From Nitrospirota bacterium (GTDB lineage Bacteria; Nitrospirota; UBA9217), in NCBI GenBank assembly GCA_963741205.1, contig CAVUHW010000042.1:1-52962 (forward strand): a stretch of DNA of 52,962 bases, read 5' to 3'. Shown piece by piece: positions 21,377-31,148 of the stretch (positions are counted from its first letter, which is position 1; each line of letters begins with the position of its first letter). The notes beneath the pieces were generated by a model. It saw nothing but the letters and a program-made list of their open reading frames with translations, searched no databases and was not told where the DNA came from. The position numbers and the translations under genes were made by a program.

Positions 21377-21522
21377 TCTTAATCGCATAGTTCATTTCGT
21401 AACTGCTGTCCCATTCTGTGCTGCGGCGTCAGTATGCTAAAATATCGTCATGTGTCTTCAGTCGTGCAAGGAATCCCGCCGTCAGCGAACCCACCCGTGA
21501 GGTGTAAAGGAGCATTGGAAAA

Positions 21523-22059
21523 ATGAGAGTCATAGAAAAATCTTTGCAATTTGTTACGTTCATGATGTTGTTTCTCGTCATTGCATGTACGTCGACGAAA
21601 TTTTCCGCTATATCAAAGGACGTGACATATCATGGGCATCCCGAAAAGATCCTGGTGATCAATACGTTTCCAACTCCCGGGACCAGAATAGTTTTCGAAG
21701 ACGAAATCGTGAAGGCATTGAAGGATCGCGGGATAGATGCCGTCGTGAGCTATCCCGTTATGCCTGATCCTCTCGTGTCCGATGAGGTTTTTGTGTCACA
21801 AGCAAAAGAAGCCGGCGCAGATACTGTACTGATCATCGGATTTGTGGGACAATCAATTGAGAATAATACTCCTGAGCCCTGGGATATCAATAAGCTTTAT
21901 ATTAATACAAAAACATATGTTTATGACATAAAGTCGAACAGAGTGGTCTTTCGCATTTCAGCGGAAACGCATGTAAAAGAGGGCAGACCTCGTGTTCCCC
22001 AGATAGAAGCCTACATCATGGATATACTAAATAAGCTGTCACAAGAAGGGCTCTTTTAG
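21523..22059 (+). CDS. Putative lipoprotein (DUF4136-like alpha/beta fold), AT-rich
   Basis: AAGGAG RBS; LVIAC lipobox; FEDEIVKALKDRGIDAVVSY…GADTVL. Confidence 0.75.
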   Translation: MRVIEKSLQFVTFMMLFLVIACTSTKFSAISKDVTYHGHPEKILVINTFPTPGTRIVFEDEIVKALKDRGIDAVVSYPVMPDPLVSDEVFVSQAKEAGADTVLIIGFVGQSIENNTPEPWDINKLYINTKTYVYDIKSNRVVFRISAETHVKEGRPRVPQIEAYIMDILNKLSQEGLF

Positions 22060-22217
22060 AGGATGGGCCTGTTGTTCGATATTATTTTTGGAAAGATAAT
22101 TCGTCCATGCCACTATAGTAGCTGAAGCATAGTTACGAATTGCGTTACAGTAACTGTCAACACAAATACTGTTCACTACAGGTTATGATCACGTCAAGTT
22201 GCCTAGGTCCAGCGAAG

Positions 22218-22236
22218 TGTCCGAGTCCTGTCCGAG
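22218..22236 (+). repeat. Tandem TGTCCGAG pair (11-bp period), right copy
   Basis: TGTCCGAG at 22218 and 22229. Confidence 0.7.
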
Positions 22237-22398
22237 TCCGTCCACTACGTCAATGAGCTTCTGCACATTCAAGCAAGCTTACATATCAGCGTGCAATTTC
22301 CGAATTACTGTGAAAGCATGGTTTCCGCTGCTTGTCGGCAGAATTCTACCAGTACGTCATGAACTTTAAGAATTTTCCCGGACGTTTATTTCTTAAAA

Positions 22399-25300
22399 TC
22401 AGTGCAAAGTAAAAAAGAAGGTGGCCCCTTCATTTGTTTTGCCTTCAGCCCATATTTTACCGCCGTGACGGTGGATAATGCGCTGCACCGTGGCGAGGCC
22501 GATGCCTGTGCCTTCGAACTCCTCCTCCGAATGCAGGCGCTGGAAGGGCAAGAACAGCTTATCGGAGAAACTGTTGATCGAAGCCTGCCCCGTTGTCCTT
22601 CACGTAATAGACGGTCTTTCCGTCCCGCTCGAACGTTCCGAATTCGATGCGGGCATTTTCTGTTTTTGCGGTGAACTTCCATGCGTTGCCCAGTAGGTTC
22701 GTAAGCGCAATTTCAAGGAGTCGGGGGTCAGCCTGAACGATGAGGCCCTCCTTGATATCGAGTTCGACCTTGCGGTCCGGCTGTGCCTCGCGAAGTTCCG
22801 TTGTTATTACCGCGGCGATTCGGCTCATATCAACTTCCCGCTGCCGGAGCGCGTGATGGGAAATTTTCGACAGATGAAGGAGGGCGTCGATAATCCGTTC
22901 CATATTATCAGCGCCCGCGATTACCCGGTTAAGATGGTCTTTTCCCTGGTCGTTGAGTTGGTCGAAATTATCTTCGAACAGCGCCTTGGAAAATCCGGCT
23001 ATCGAGCGAAGAGGCGCCCTCAGGTCGTGAGACACGGAATAGACGACAGCTGCGAGCTCCTTGTTCGTGAATTTCAGCTCCAGGTTTTTGACCACTAAAT
23101 CTTCGCTCAATTTCAGGATCTGCTCCTCGGTCAACCTGCGACTCGTTACATCTTCAATGGCAAGGAGAATCAAAAGGGCATCAGACTGTTTCGAAGTCAC
23201 GGTGCGCGCATTGACAAGCAAAAACCTTCGATCATCGCCTGCCGCTTCGTATACGACTTCGAAATCATTTAAGATGGAATTCTTCGCGAGTACATCATCA
23301 AGCAGCTCCCGGAGCGCCGGAATATTCCAGAGGCCATTTTGCAGCTCGTAGAAAGATTTGTTCTCTATCACATCCGGTGTTATCCCGAAATTCCCGTAAT
23401 ACGCATGGTTTGCGGTAACCACGCGCAGGTCTTTGTTCAGTACGATAAGGGGTTCCCGCACGGTCTCGACGATAGCCTCTGCATAATCGCGGGCTTCCTG
23501 GATGCGCAGCATGCCCTGCTTCAGGTCGTTGATGTCTTCGAGGGTCACGATTGCGCCGTCGATCCTGTTGTCAATGGTCTTGTACGGCCGTATCGTCATG
23601 GAGTACCAGCGGCCCTGCGTGTCCTGGATCTCCTGTTCCTTGATCGTCAGGGAGTCGACCACCTCAAGGATCATCTTATCAAGGTCCGGGACATTGATAT
23701 TGGTCCTGATGTCGGAAATAGGCCGCCCGATATCGCTGGCAATAAGGTTCAGCGCCTTTCCCGCGGATGCATTGAACCGCCTGATCTGCAAGTTTATTCC
23801 CGATCAGCAGGATCGGGATATCGACGCCGCTCAAGACGTTTACCAGGTCGTTGTTGCTCTGCGTTATTTCTTCATTGCGGTTCTGGAGCTCGTCGTTCAC
23901 CGTGGTCAGTTCTTCATTGGTGGATTGAAGCTCTTCCTTGGACGTTTCGAGCTCCTCGTTGATGCTCTGCAGCTCTTCGTTGCTGGACTGCACTTCTTCA
24001 TTGAGCGCCTTGAGTTCCTCGGTAGACGCCTCATGTTCCGCGATGATCGACTTCAGGTGCTGCTGCGTGGCGGCAAGCTCGCGCGCAGCGGGGCAACCTG
24101 GTCCTCCTGGGGCCGGTCTTTTATCTTTGCCGGAGCTTTTCCCCGCTTTTTCGAGTCCCGCGCCGTCGGCTTGGCGCGGTCCTCAAAAATGACCAGAAAA
24201 AGGCGCTCCTGGGTATCACGGGTCTTAAACGCGACCACTTCGATGTTTACAGTCTGTGACGATGTTGTCATGCCTGACCTTTGATTCCTTCTTTTCTGAC
24301 GGCAACGTCTTTTCCCGCAGGCCTGGCGGATGAGGACCCGCAGCTCCATGGCGAGGCTTTCGCCCGCCATCTTCATGAGATTGAGGCTTGCTTTGCCGGG
24401 CTGGGGTTTCAGATAGGGGCTGATGTTCCCGCGGAATTGAAGAATATCCATGTCCTCATTAATGACCAGTCCCGCGGGACTGTATCTGTTCAGGATGATG
24501 CTGTCGGCTTCCTTCTGGATGTCGGTCCCGCCTGTGGCATGGTCTTCCGCTTTTTTCTTCAATCCGGCCATTTCTCTAACAGGACTCCGCTTCCGGTCGA
24601 AGTGCAGTCCCGTCGCTGCTGTCTTTTTGGTATAGATCCTGCTGCCCTTATCGACCAAGGAAAAAAGATCCGAAAAACTCGCCGATGGACTCGGACCTCC
24701 CGAGCATGAGGTAACCGGTCGGGTTGAGGGCATAGTGCAGGACCGGGACCGCCTTTTTCTGCAGCATCGGGCCGAAATAGATCATCAGGTTCCTGCAGCT
24801 GATCAGATCCATCTTTGAGAACGGCGGGTCCTTGATAAGGTTCTGCCTGGCGAATACGCATTGCTCCCGGATCGCCTTGCTGATCTGGTATCCCTGTTCC
24901 GTCTTGGAAAAAAATCGCCTGAGCCGTTCAGGAGAAACATCCTGCACGATATTGTCCGGGTAAAGACCCTGGCGGGCCTTTTCAATGGCCGCCTCGTCGA
25001 TGTCGGATGCGAAGAACTGGATCGGATGGGAAACACTCCGCTCCTCGCTGAATTCCGAGAAACACATTGCGAGAGAGTACGCCTCCTCTCCGGTCGAGCA
25101 TCCCGGGACCCATACTCGCAGGGGCATATCGGATGGCCTGTTCTCCAGGATGCGCGGGAACACCACGTTCTTTAACGTAGTGAAAGTCTCCGGTTCTCTG
25201 AAAAAGGAAGTGACATTGATGAGGATGTCCTGGTACAGAATGCCGACTTCCGTGGGGTTCTCCTGCAGATAACGGACGTATTGTTCCAACGCCTCTATCT

Positions 25301-26213
25301 TGTGCAGGAGCATGCGCCGGGTGATCCTGCGCAGAATCGTTGCCTGTTTGTAATACGTGAAATCAACGCCCGTGGCCGTCCTGATCCGCATGAATATTTT
25401 ATTCAGATCGTCCTCTCCTGCTGAAAGCAGCGGGCCGGGCTTCATGGCAGTGAGAAGGGTCATGACGGGATGGCGGCTGATCCTCGCCAGCTCTGCGGCT
25501 ATTTTTTCAGGGGGCAGGATGAAATCCACGGCCCCGGTCGCAACGGCGCTCTTGGGCATGCCGTTGTATTTTGCCGATTGTTCGTCCTGGGCCAGGACGA
25601 TTCCGCCCTCGGCCTTTATGGCCCGTATACCCAGAGAACCGTCGGAGCCGGTCCCGGAAAGGATGATACCGACGGCGCTCTGTTCCTGGTCCTCGGCAAG
25701 AGACCGGAAAAAAAAATCAACAGGCATATGCTGGGTATGAGTTTCGCCGCGCGGCAGAAGCCGGAGCTTGCCGTGGAAAACGGCCAGCGCCGTATTGGGC
25801 GGAATGACGTATACATGGTCGGGTTCCACGGTCATGCCGTCCTGTACCTCGCGTACCGGCATGGAAGTCGCTTTTGAAAGGAGTTCGGCCAACATGCTGT
25901 CTTTGGTGGGGGCAAGGTGTTGAACGAGCACGAAAGCCATGCCCGTATCGGGCGGAAGGTGTTCCAGAAGGTTCGTGAATGCTTCCAGCCCTCCAGCAGA
26001 GGCGCCGATTCCGACAATAAAAAACGTTTTCTCTTTCGATCGGTCTTGTTCAGCAGGCTGACTCCCTATCGCCGGGCTGGTCAGGCGTTTGGAAGAGGAT
26101 TTTTTCGGCCCGGCGTTGTTACTGCCGTTGCCGTCAATCGGGCTTTTTTTGAGGTTTAATCCGTTTTTGACGTCCCTTGCCGGACGTCTACCCGGTGTTT
26201 GCTTTTTGGCCAC
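22399..26213 (-). CDS. cheBR: CheB-CheR-coiled coil-PAS-PAS-histidine kinase fusion; about five frameshifts
   Basis: CheB GASAGG/VQH/SGTGSDG; Che[14 protein letters not shown]; [28 protein letters not shown] coil; SHDLRAPL; NLLGNAWKF; GTGIGL; pieces are ORFs 24648, 24053, 23679 and 22559. Confidence 0.85.
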
Positions 26214-26346
26214 GTGTTCTCCCGTAGTATGTATCATTCTTGAGAAAGATGATGACGCAATATATTAGCATAGAGAGTGCTCTTGTATTAAAGAAAAAAG
26301 CTCGTCCGCATCGCTGGGGAAACCGCATTGCCATGGATTATGCTTG

Positions 26347-27780
26347 TCACTCCGGCTGAGCCACCGAACCTGAGTAAAATGCCTTGCACTCTCCCCCCAT
26401 GATCTTCCATGCATCTTTCAGCGCGTTCGACACGGGTCCCGTAATTGATTTAACGATACTTACCTTATCGATCTTCGGTTTACGGAACGGCCCGTGCACC
26501 TTCTGGCTGTAAACAGCGCACCCTCGTTTGTCGAGGACCGCTACGGTTACGTGGACAAACTGGTCGTTGTTGAAATTCAATCCGCCCTTCATGGCGATCC
26601 GGTATTTTTTTGTGGCAAGGGCCACGTCGGTCGCATCGGCAACGCCGTTTTTTACTTTCCAGATCGAGACGAGTTTTCTGATATTCCCTTTCCCTCCCTG
26701 CAACTCTTCGTACAGGCTTCCAAAATTGTAGCTCTTGGTGAGCGCCGGGCCGAAGGGGCCCACGAGGAAGAACGCCCCTACATCCACGAGGTTGAAGTTC
26801 TGGCTTCGTTCGTACTTCGGGATAAGAGCATCGATATCAATGTTGTAGAGCATAAGGTTTTCGCCTTTCAGGGAAGCGTCGCCGCTGAGCGATTGTTTCA
26901 CCTCATCTACGCTCTTCCCCTTTGCAGTGAGGTCCATGGAAAAATCTGTCCGCCCTTCTATGCTTTTTTCAGGGAGTTTCTTGGGCGAGAATGCCTGGAT
27001 AAGCTCGTCGACCCTGCACCGGCTGAGAGTATAGATTACCCGGTAAGAAGGTGACGCCCCCGTCATGTCTGCATGAATGCTTCCGCTCCCGGTTCCGCTG
27101 AAGATGTCCATTCTGACCGGGTTTATGTCGAATATCCCCCTTTCCCCCGCGGTTCTCATCACGAGGTTCGTCAAGGTGAAGTTGTTGATTTTAAGTGTCT
27201 TGCATCTGATATCCCCGGTGAATGTGATGTTCTTGTATGGTCCCGCGCTATCCGTACCGCCGTACGAAAGGTTTCGTATGGTCCCATCGAAATTGTCCAC
27301 CTTGACCCTCTCGCCGGATCTTTCATCTGAATAAACAAGTCTCCCCTCTGAGATGGATATCTTGTTCACCGTAAGAAGCCATTCCACGATCTTGTGTCCC
27401 GGTTTTTCAAAATTGAACATCCCGTTTTTATACCGGACGACGGAGAAAACCGGTTTGACAAGCCCAACCCGGCTGAGCCTTACTTCGTGCCTCGTTAGGG
27501 GGATGAGCTTCAGCCCTATCCTCATCTTCTCAACGGTAACGACATCCGCTCCCTTTTTCTGCACGCTGACGTTCTTCAGCGATATGCCGAAACCCGGAAA
27601 GAGATCGATGCCCAATCTGCCCTTGATCCGGACATCCATTCCCAGGGCGTTCGACGCCGCTGCCTCGATCTGTGGTTTAAAGGTTTGTATATTGAGCAGG
27701 AGAACGAGGAGGATCGCAAAGATGACAAGGGTGATCACACCTGTTGTTATGAAGAATACTTTTTTTCTCTTGTGCGTCAT
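26347..27780 (-). CDS. AsmA-family protein
   Basis: N-terminal TM anchor; KPQIE..AS.ALG..V.I.G.L; C-terminal beta-taco-like region ending V.GPF.KP. Confidence 0.8.
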   Translation of the reverse strand: MTHKRKKVFFITTGVITLVIFAILLVLLLNIQTFKPQIEAAASNALGMDVRIKGRLGIDLFPGFGISLKNVSVQKKGADVVTVEKMRIGLKLIPLTRHEVRLSRVGLVKPVFSVVRYKNGMFNFEKPGHKIVEWLLTVNKISISEGRLVYSDERSGERVKVDNFDGTIRNLSYGGTDSAGPYKNITFTGDIRCKTLKINNFTLTNLVMRTAGERGIFDINPVRMDIFSGTGSGSIHADMTGASPSYRVIYTLSRCRVDELIQAFSPKKLPEKSIEGRTDFSMDLTAKGKSVDEVKQSLSGDASLKGENLMLYNIDIDALIPKYERSQNFNLVDVGAFFLVGPFGPALTKSYNFGSLYEELQGGKGNIRKLVSIWKVKNGVADATDVALATKKYRIAMKGGLNFNNDQFVHVTVAVLDKRGCAVYSQKVHGPFRKPKIDKVSIVKSITGPVSNALKDAWKIMGGECKAFYSGSVAQPE

Positions 27781-27811
27781 GCTTAGCCTCGTCACGTGTC
27801 TGGTCAACTGG

Positions 27812-28198
27812 CTACACTCTGTCGATAACTTTTTTCAGTTTACTGCCGATCTCGGCAGCAATCGCCTTTAAAGCAGGATTTTCGACAGCCTGCATGGAAG
27901 CCAAAGGGTCGATGGCCGTGACCTCAACCTTCCCGTCTGAAATCTCCTGCACAATTACGTTGCAGGGAAGCATGGTGCCGATCTTGTCCTCCGCCTGCAA
28001 TGCCTTGTACGCGAATGGCGGGTTGCAGGCGCCGAGAATCCTGTAGTTTCTGAATTCGACATCGAGCTTTTTTTTCAACGTGGCCTTCACGTCTATGTCA
28101 GTCAGGATGCCGAATCCCTCCTTTTTAAGTTCGTCCGTTACACCGGCAATCGCTTTATCAAAGGACATATTCAATGTCTTATTGAAATAGTAGCTCAT
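27812..28198 (-). CDS. DUF302-family protein
   Basis: EGFGILTDIDVKATLKKKL…YRILGACNP…MLPCNV. Confidence 0.9.
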   Translation of the reverse strand: MSYYFNKTLNMSFDKAIAGVTDELKKEGFGILTDIDVKATLKKKLDVEFRNYRILGACNPPFAYKALQAEDKIGTMLPCNVIVQEISDGKVEVTAIDPLASMQAVENPALKAIAAEIGSKLKKVIDRV

Positions 28199-28251
28199 AA
28201 TAACCTCCTCCTGTTAATTGCACTGCCGATAAAACCCCTCCTGTAAAACCG

Positions 28252-28743
28252 TTATATTACCCTTCTGGCTTCTCTCTTTGATACAGAACCTTTCCCGACA
28301 GACCAGAATGCCCATAACCCAGTCATGCTTAATTGAAGCAAGGGTGATAGCCCTAACCCGAAGAAAGTCGGCATGTGCCGATTATAACTCCATGCCCCTG
28401 TCAGAATAACTTTTCTATACTCTATGGCAGCGGCCAGCAAAAGCCCTGCAATCAATACCGTAAATATCTGCTTCCTGTTCATCTCCTGAATCCATATTAC
28501 ATCCCGCCATAATGCAGCCACAAAAAGGTATATCCCCAGGACGAGGAACCCGTCTATCAATGAAACATAACTGACCATCGGCACATATTTCATTGCATTA
28601 AAATCATGATCTGTATAAAGGAATACGCCATGCAATGATTCCCAGGTAAAATTCGCCATGTATGAGTTAATGAAGATCAAAAGAACAACCAGAAAAAGCT
28701 CTCCAGTTTGTTTTGAATCTATTCTGAACTTCATGGTGGTCAC
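28252..28743 (-). CDS. Multi-pass membrane protein of unknown function (AT-rich)
   Basis: Four hydrophobic segments; NFTWE, E…W.Y…MP…GLSPLLQ. Confidence 0.75.
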   Translation of the reverse strand: MTTMKFRIDSKQTGELFLVVLLIFINSYMANFTWESLHGVFLYTDHDFNAMKYVPMVSYVSLIDGFLVLGIYLFVAALWRDVIWIQEMNRKQIFTVLIAGLLLAAAIEYRKVILTGAWSYNRHMPTFFGLGLSPLLQLSMTGLWAFWSVGKGSVSKREARRVI

Positions 28744-28841
28744 TCACTTCTTTCTGTATTGTTCATCCTCTGCACCTTTTCTGGTTCAAAGGGATGACGA
28801 TGGCCCCATCATGTCTTTTATCAACACCCGGGGCGCTATCT

Positions 28842-28958
28842 GTTTACCCCCTAGAGAAAGCCGCCACGCCTATGGCGTGGTACGTATCATTCCTCAGATC
28901 GTGGTTCAAAGCCACACTATGATGTCGTTAGAGAACGAAGTTCTCTAACGGGGTTTAC
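28842..28958. repeat. Miniature REPIN/MITE-like element with imperfect terminal inverted repeats
   Basis: Left end TTTACCCCCTAGAGAA, right end TTCTCTAACGGGGTTTAC; internal hairpins CCACGCC-TAT-GGCGTGG and CGTTAGAGAAC-GAA-GTTCTCTAACG. Confidence 0.6.
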
Positions 28959-29086
28959 TTTCGTTTCATCAAATACACGATACCAAAAATAATGAGAATC
29001 GCGATAATGATCCAGAAACCCCATCCATAGCCCATTCCCCATCCCCAATTGCCGCCCATCATGCCACCACCTTGACCGGTGCCCAT
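28955..29086 (-). CDS. 43-aa Gly/Met/Trp-rich single-TM small protein (absent from the ORF track)
   Basis: AAGGAGGAGG RBS; MGTGQGGGMMGGNWGWGMGYGWGFWIIIAILIIFGIVYLMKRK. Confidence 0.8.
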   Translation of the reverse strand: MGTGQGGGMMGGNWGWGMGYGWGFWIIIAILIIFGIVYLMKRK

Positions 29087-29127
29087 GCTTCCTCCTCCTT
29101 GACAAAGGATTACGCATACTGTCCATT

Positions 29128-30984
29128 CTATCGTGAGACCGTTAATAATTTACTGAACTCGTCAGCGGGAAGGGGTTTGCTGAAGAAGTATCCCTGCATC
29201 TCATGGCATCCTAATGACCTGAGATATTCCATTTGCTCCTGTGTCTCGACCCCTTCCGCTATGACCATCATGTTCAATTTGCTGGCCATGGCGATCACCG
29301 CGCCGACAATCGCCCCGTCTTCAGGGGCGCTGGTGATATCCCGGATGAAGGATTTGTCGATTTTAAGCTTCTGAACGGGCAGCTTTTTAAGATAATTCAG
29401 TGATGAATACCCCGTGCCGAAATCGTCAATGGAGATCCCCACTCCCATCTCCGCCAGTTTGATCATTTTGGGAAGCATGTGTTCCAGGTTTCGCATCGCA
29501 ACGCTCTCGGTAATTTCAACAGCAAGATGCTCCGGATTAAGACCGGTCTCACGCAGTATCTCTGTAATACTCTCAATGAGGTCTGATTTTTGGAACTGTT
29601 TGGCCGAAAGGTTAATTGCAACACAAAGGAACGAAAGTCCCGCGTTATGCCACTCTCGAACCTGGGCGCAGGCGGTCCTGAGCACCCATTCGTCAATAGC
29701 GGCGAGATATCCCATCTCCTCGGCAAGAGGGATGAAATGCTCGGCATCAAGCACTCCCCGTTCCGGGTGTCGCCAACGCACCAGCGCCTCCGCGCAAAAC
29801 ACCTGTTGCGTATCGATCGTGATCTGGGGCTGGTAGTAGACCATCAACTCCCCGTTCTCAAGCGCCCGGCTCAACTGGCTCTCTAGCCGCAAGCGTTCAA
29901 TCGACCGTATGTTCATTGACGGATCATAGAATTGAAATGAGTTCCCGCCCTGTTCCTTCGCATTATACATGGCGATATCGGCATTCTTGAACAGCTCCTC
30001 TATACTCTCGCCGTCATCGGGATAGATACTGATGCCTATGCTGGTTGTTATGTTAAACTCATGTCCGTTGATCACAAAAGGTTTGCTGAAGGAACCAACG
30101 ACTTTCATCGCAATGTTGATAATATCGTCGGCACGGGGGATTTGAGTCAGGAGTATATTGAACTCGTCTCCTCCCGTACGCGAGATCGTATCTGATGAGC
30201 GCACGCTGTGCTGCAGCCTGCCGACGACCTCCCTGAGCAGAGTATCGCCTGCATCATGGCCCAGGGTGTCATTGATGTGTTTAAAGCGGTCGAGATCGAG
30301 AAACAGCACGGCAAGCCTTTGCCGTCCGCGCCGTGCCTGGCCCAGCTCGATCGTCAGGATTTCCATCAACAGCCGCCTGTTCGGCAGATTAGTCAGTGTA
30401 TCATGGTTTGCCTGGTGTCGTATCTCCTTCTCCATCTGCTTGCGCTCGGTGATGTCGATTGTCGCCGTGTGACAACGAATGCGGCTGCCCTCGGGGTCCT
30501 TCACCGCCGCGCTCTGTAATTGAACAATGAGTACGGAGTCGTCTTTTCTCCTGAGCCTTATCTCACTGATCAGGCGCATCTCTCCTTGCAGGGTCTCCCT
30601 GAGGTGCGCCCTGAAGATGTCCCGGTTGTCTTTGATGACAAAGTCCGAAAAAGGCCTGTTGATTAAATTCTGCCGTTCAACACCCAGAAGCCGGGCCCCG
30701 GTAAGATTTACTTCCCTTATCAGGCCGCTTTTATCGAAGGTGAAATAGCCGACGGGTGCAAAATCATACAGGTCTGCATACCTGCTCCGTGACGCTTCGA
30801 GTTCCGCCTGGGCCCTGCGCAGCTCTTCATTCTGCATTTCCAGCTCGATCTGGAATGTTCCGAGTTCGTAAACGAGGCTTTTCACGTCCTGCATGGAAAT
30901 GCTTTTCATCTTATCCGTCTGCTGTTGCAGCCGCATTTCCGCTTCTTTGCGAAGCGTTGCAAGGTCGATGGTCTTTTTTATCAT
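29128..30984 (-). CDS. PAS-GGDEF-EAL diguanylate cyclase/phosphodiesterase
   Basis: QIELEMQNEEL coil, PAS, GGDEF, EALVRW, DDFGTGYSSL, AEGVET. Confidence 0.93.
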   Translation of the reverse strand: MIKKTIDLATLRKEAEMRLQQQTDKMKSISMQDVKSLVYELGTFQIELEMQNEELRRAQAELEASRSRYADLYDFAPVGYFTFDKSGLIREVNLTGARLLGVERQNLINRPFSDFVIKDNRDIFRAHLRETLQGEMRLISEIRLRRKDDSVLIVQLQSAAVKDPEGSRIRCHTATIDITERKQMEKEIRHQANHDTLTNLPNRRLLMEILTIELGQARRGRQRLAVLFLDLDRFKHINDTLGHDAGDTLLREVVGRLQHSVRSSDTISRTGGDEFNILLTQIPRADDIINIAMKVVGSFSKPFVINGHEFNITTSIGISIYPDDGESIEELFKNADIAMYNAKEQGGNSFQFYDPSMNIRSIERLRLESQLSRALENGELMVYYQPQITIDTQQVFCAEALVRWRHPERGVLDAEHFIPLAEEMGYLAAIDEWVLRTACAQVREWHNAGLSFLCVAINLSAKQFQKSDLIESITEILRETGLNPEHLAVEITESVAMRNLEHMLPKMIKLAEMGVGISIDDFGTGYSSLNYLKKLPVQKLKIDKSFIRDITSAPEDGAIVGAVIAMASKLNMMVIAEGVETQEQMEYLRSLGCHEMQGYFFSKPLPADEFSKLLTVSR

Positions 30985-31148
30985 GATCTATCCTCACTGG
31001 CCCGACGTTTCGCGTGTCGGACCGCTCACTTCCTTCTCACGGTGATGCGCTCTACCGCAAGGAGGATCATCCGGATCTGTTTGCCGTGCTCGCAGACTCT
31101 GCGGCGTTGAGCATCATTTTATTTTTGCCCCTACGAGCTCTTGCGCAT

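Noticed and set aside
21192-21440. 82-aa ORF
   Set aside because: Overlaps the tRNA-Gly gene, its promoter and its terminator
22262-22285. CAAGCAAGCTT as an attR copy of the tRNA anticodon arm
   Set aside because: Only a 7-nt match (CAAGCTT), expected by chance; no tRNA 3'-end duplication found
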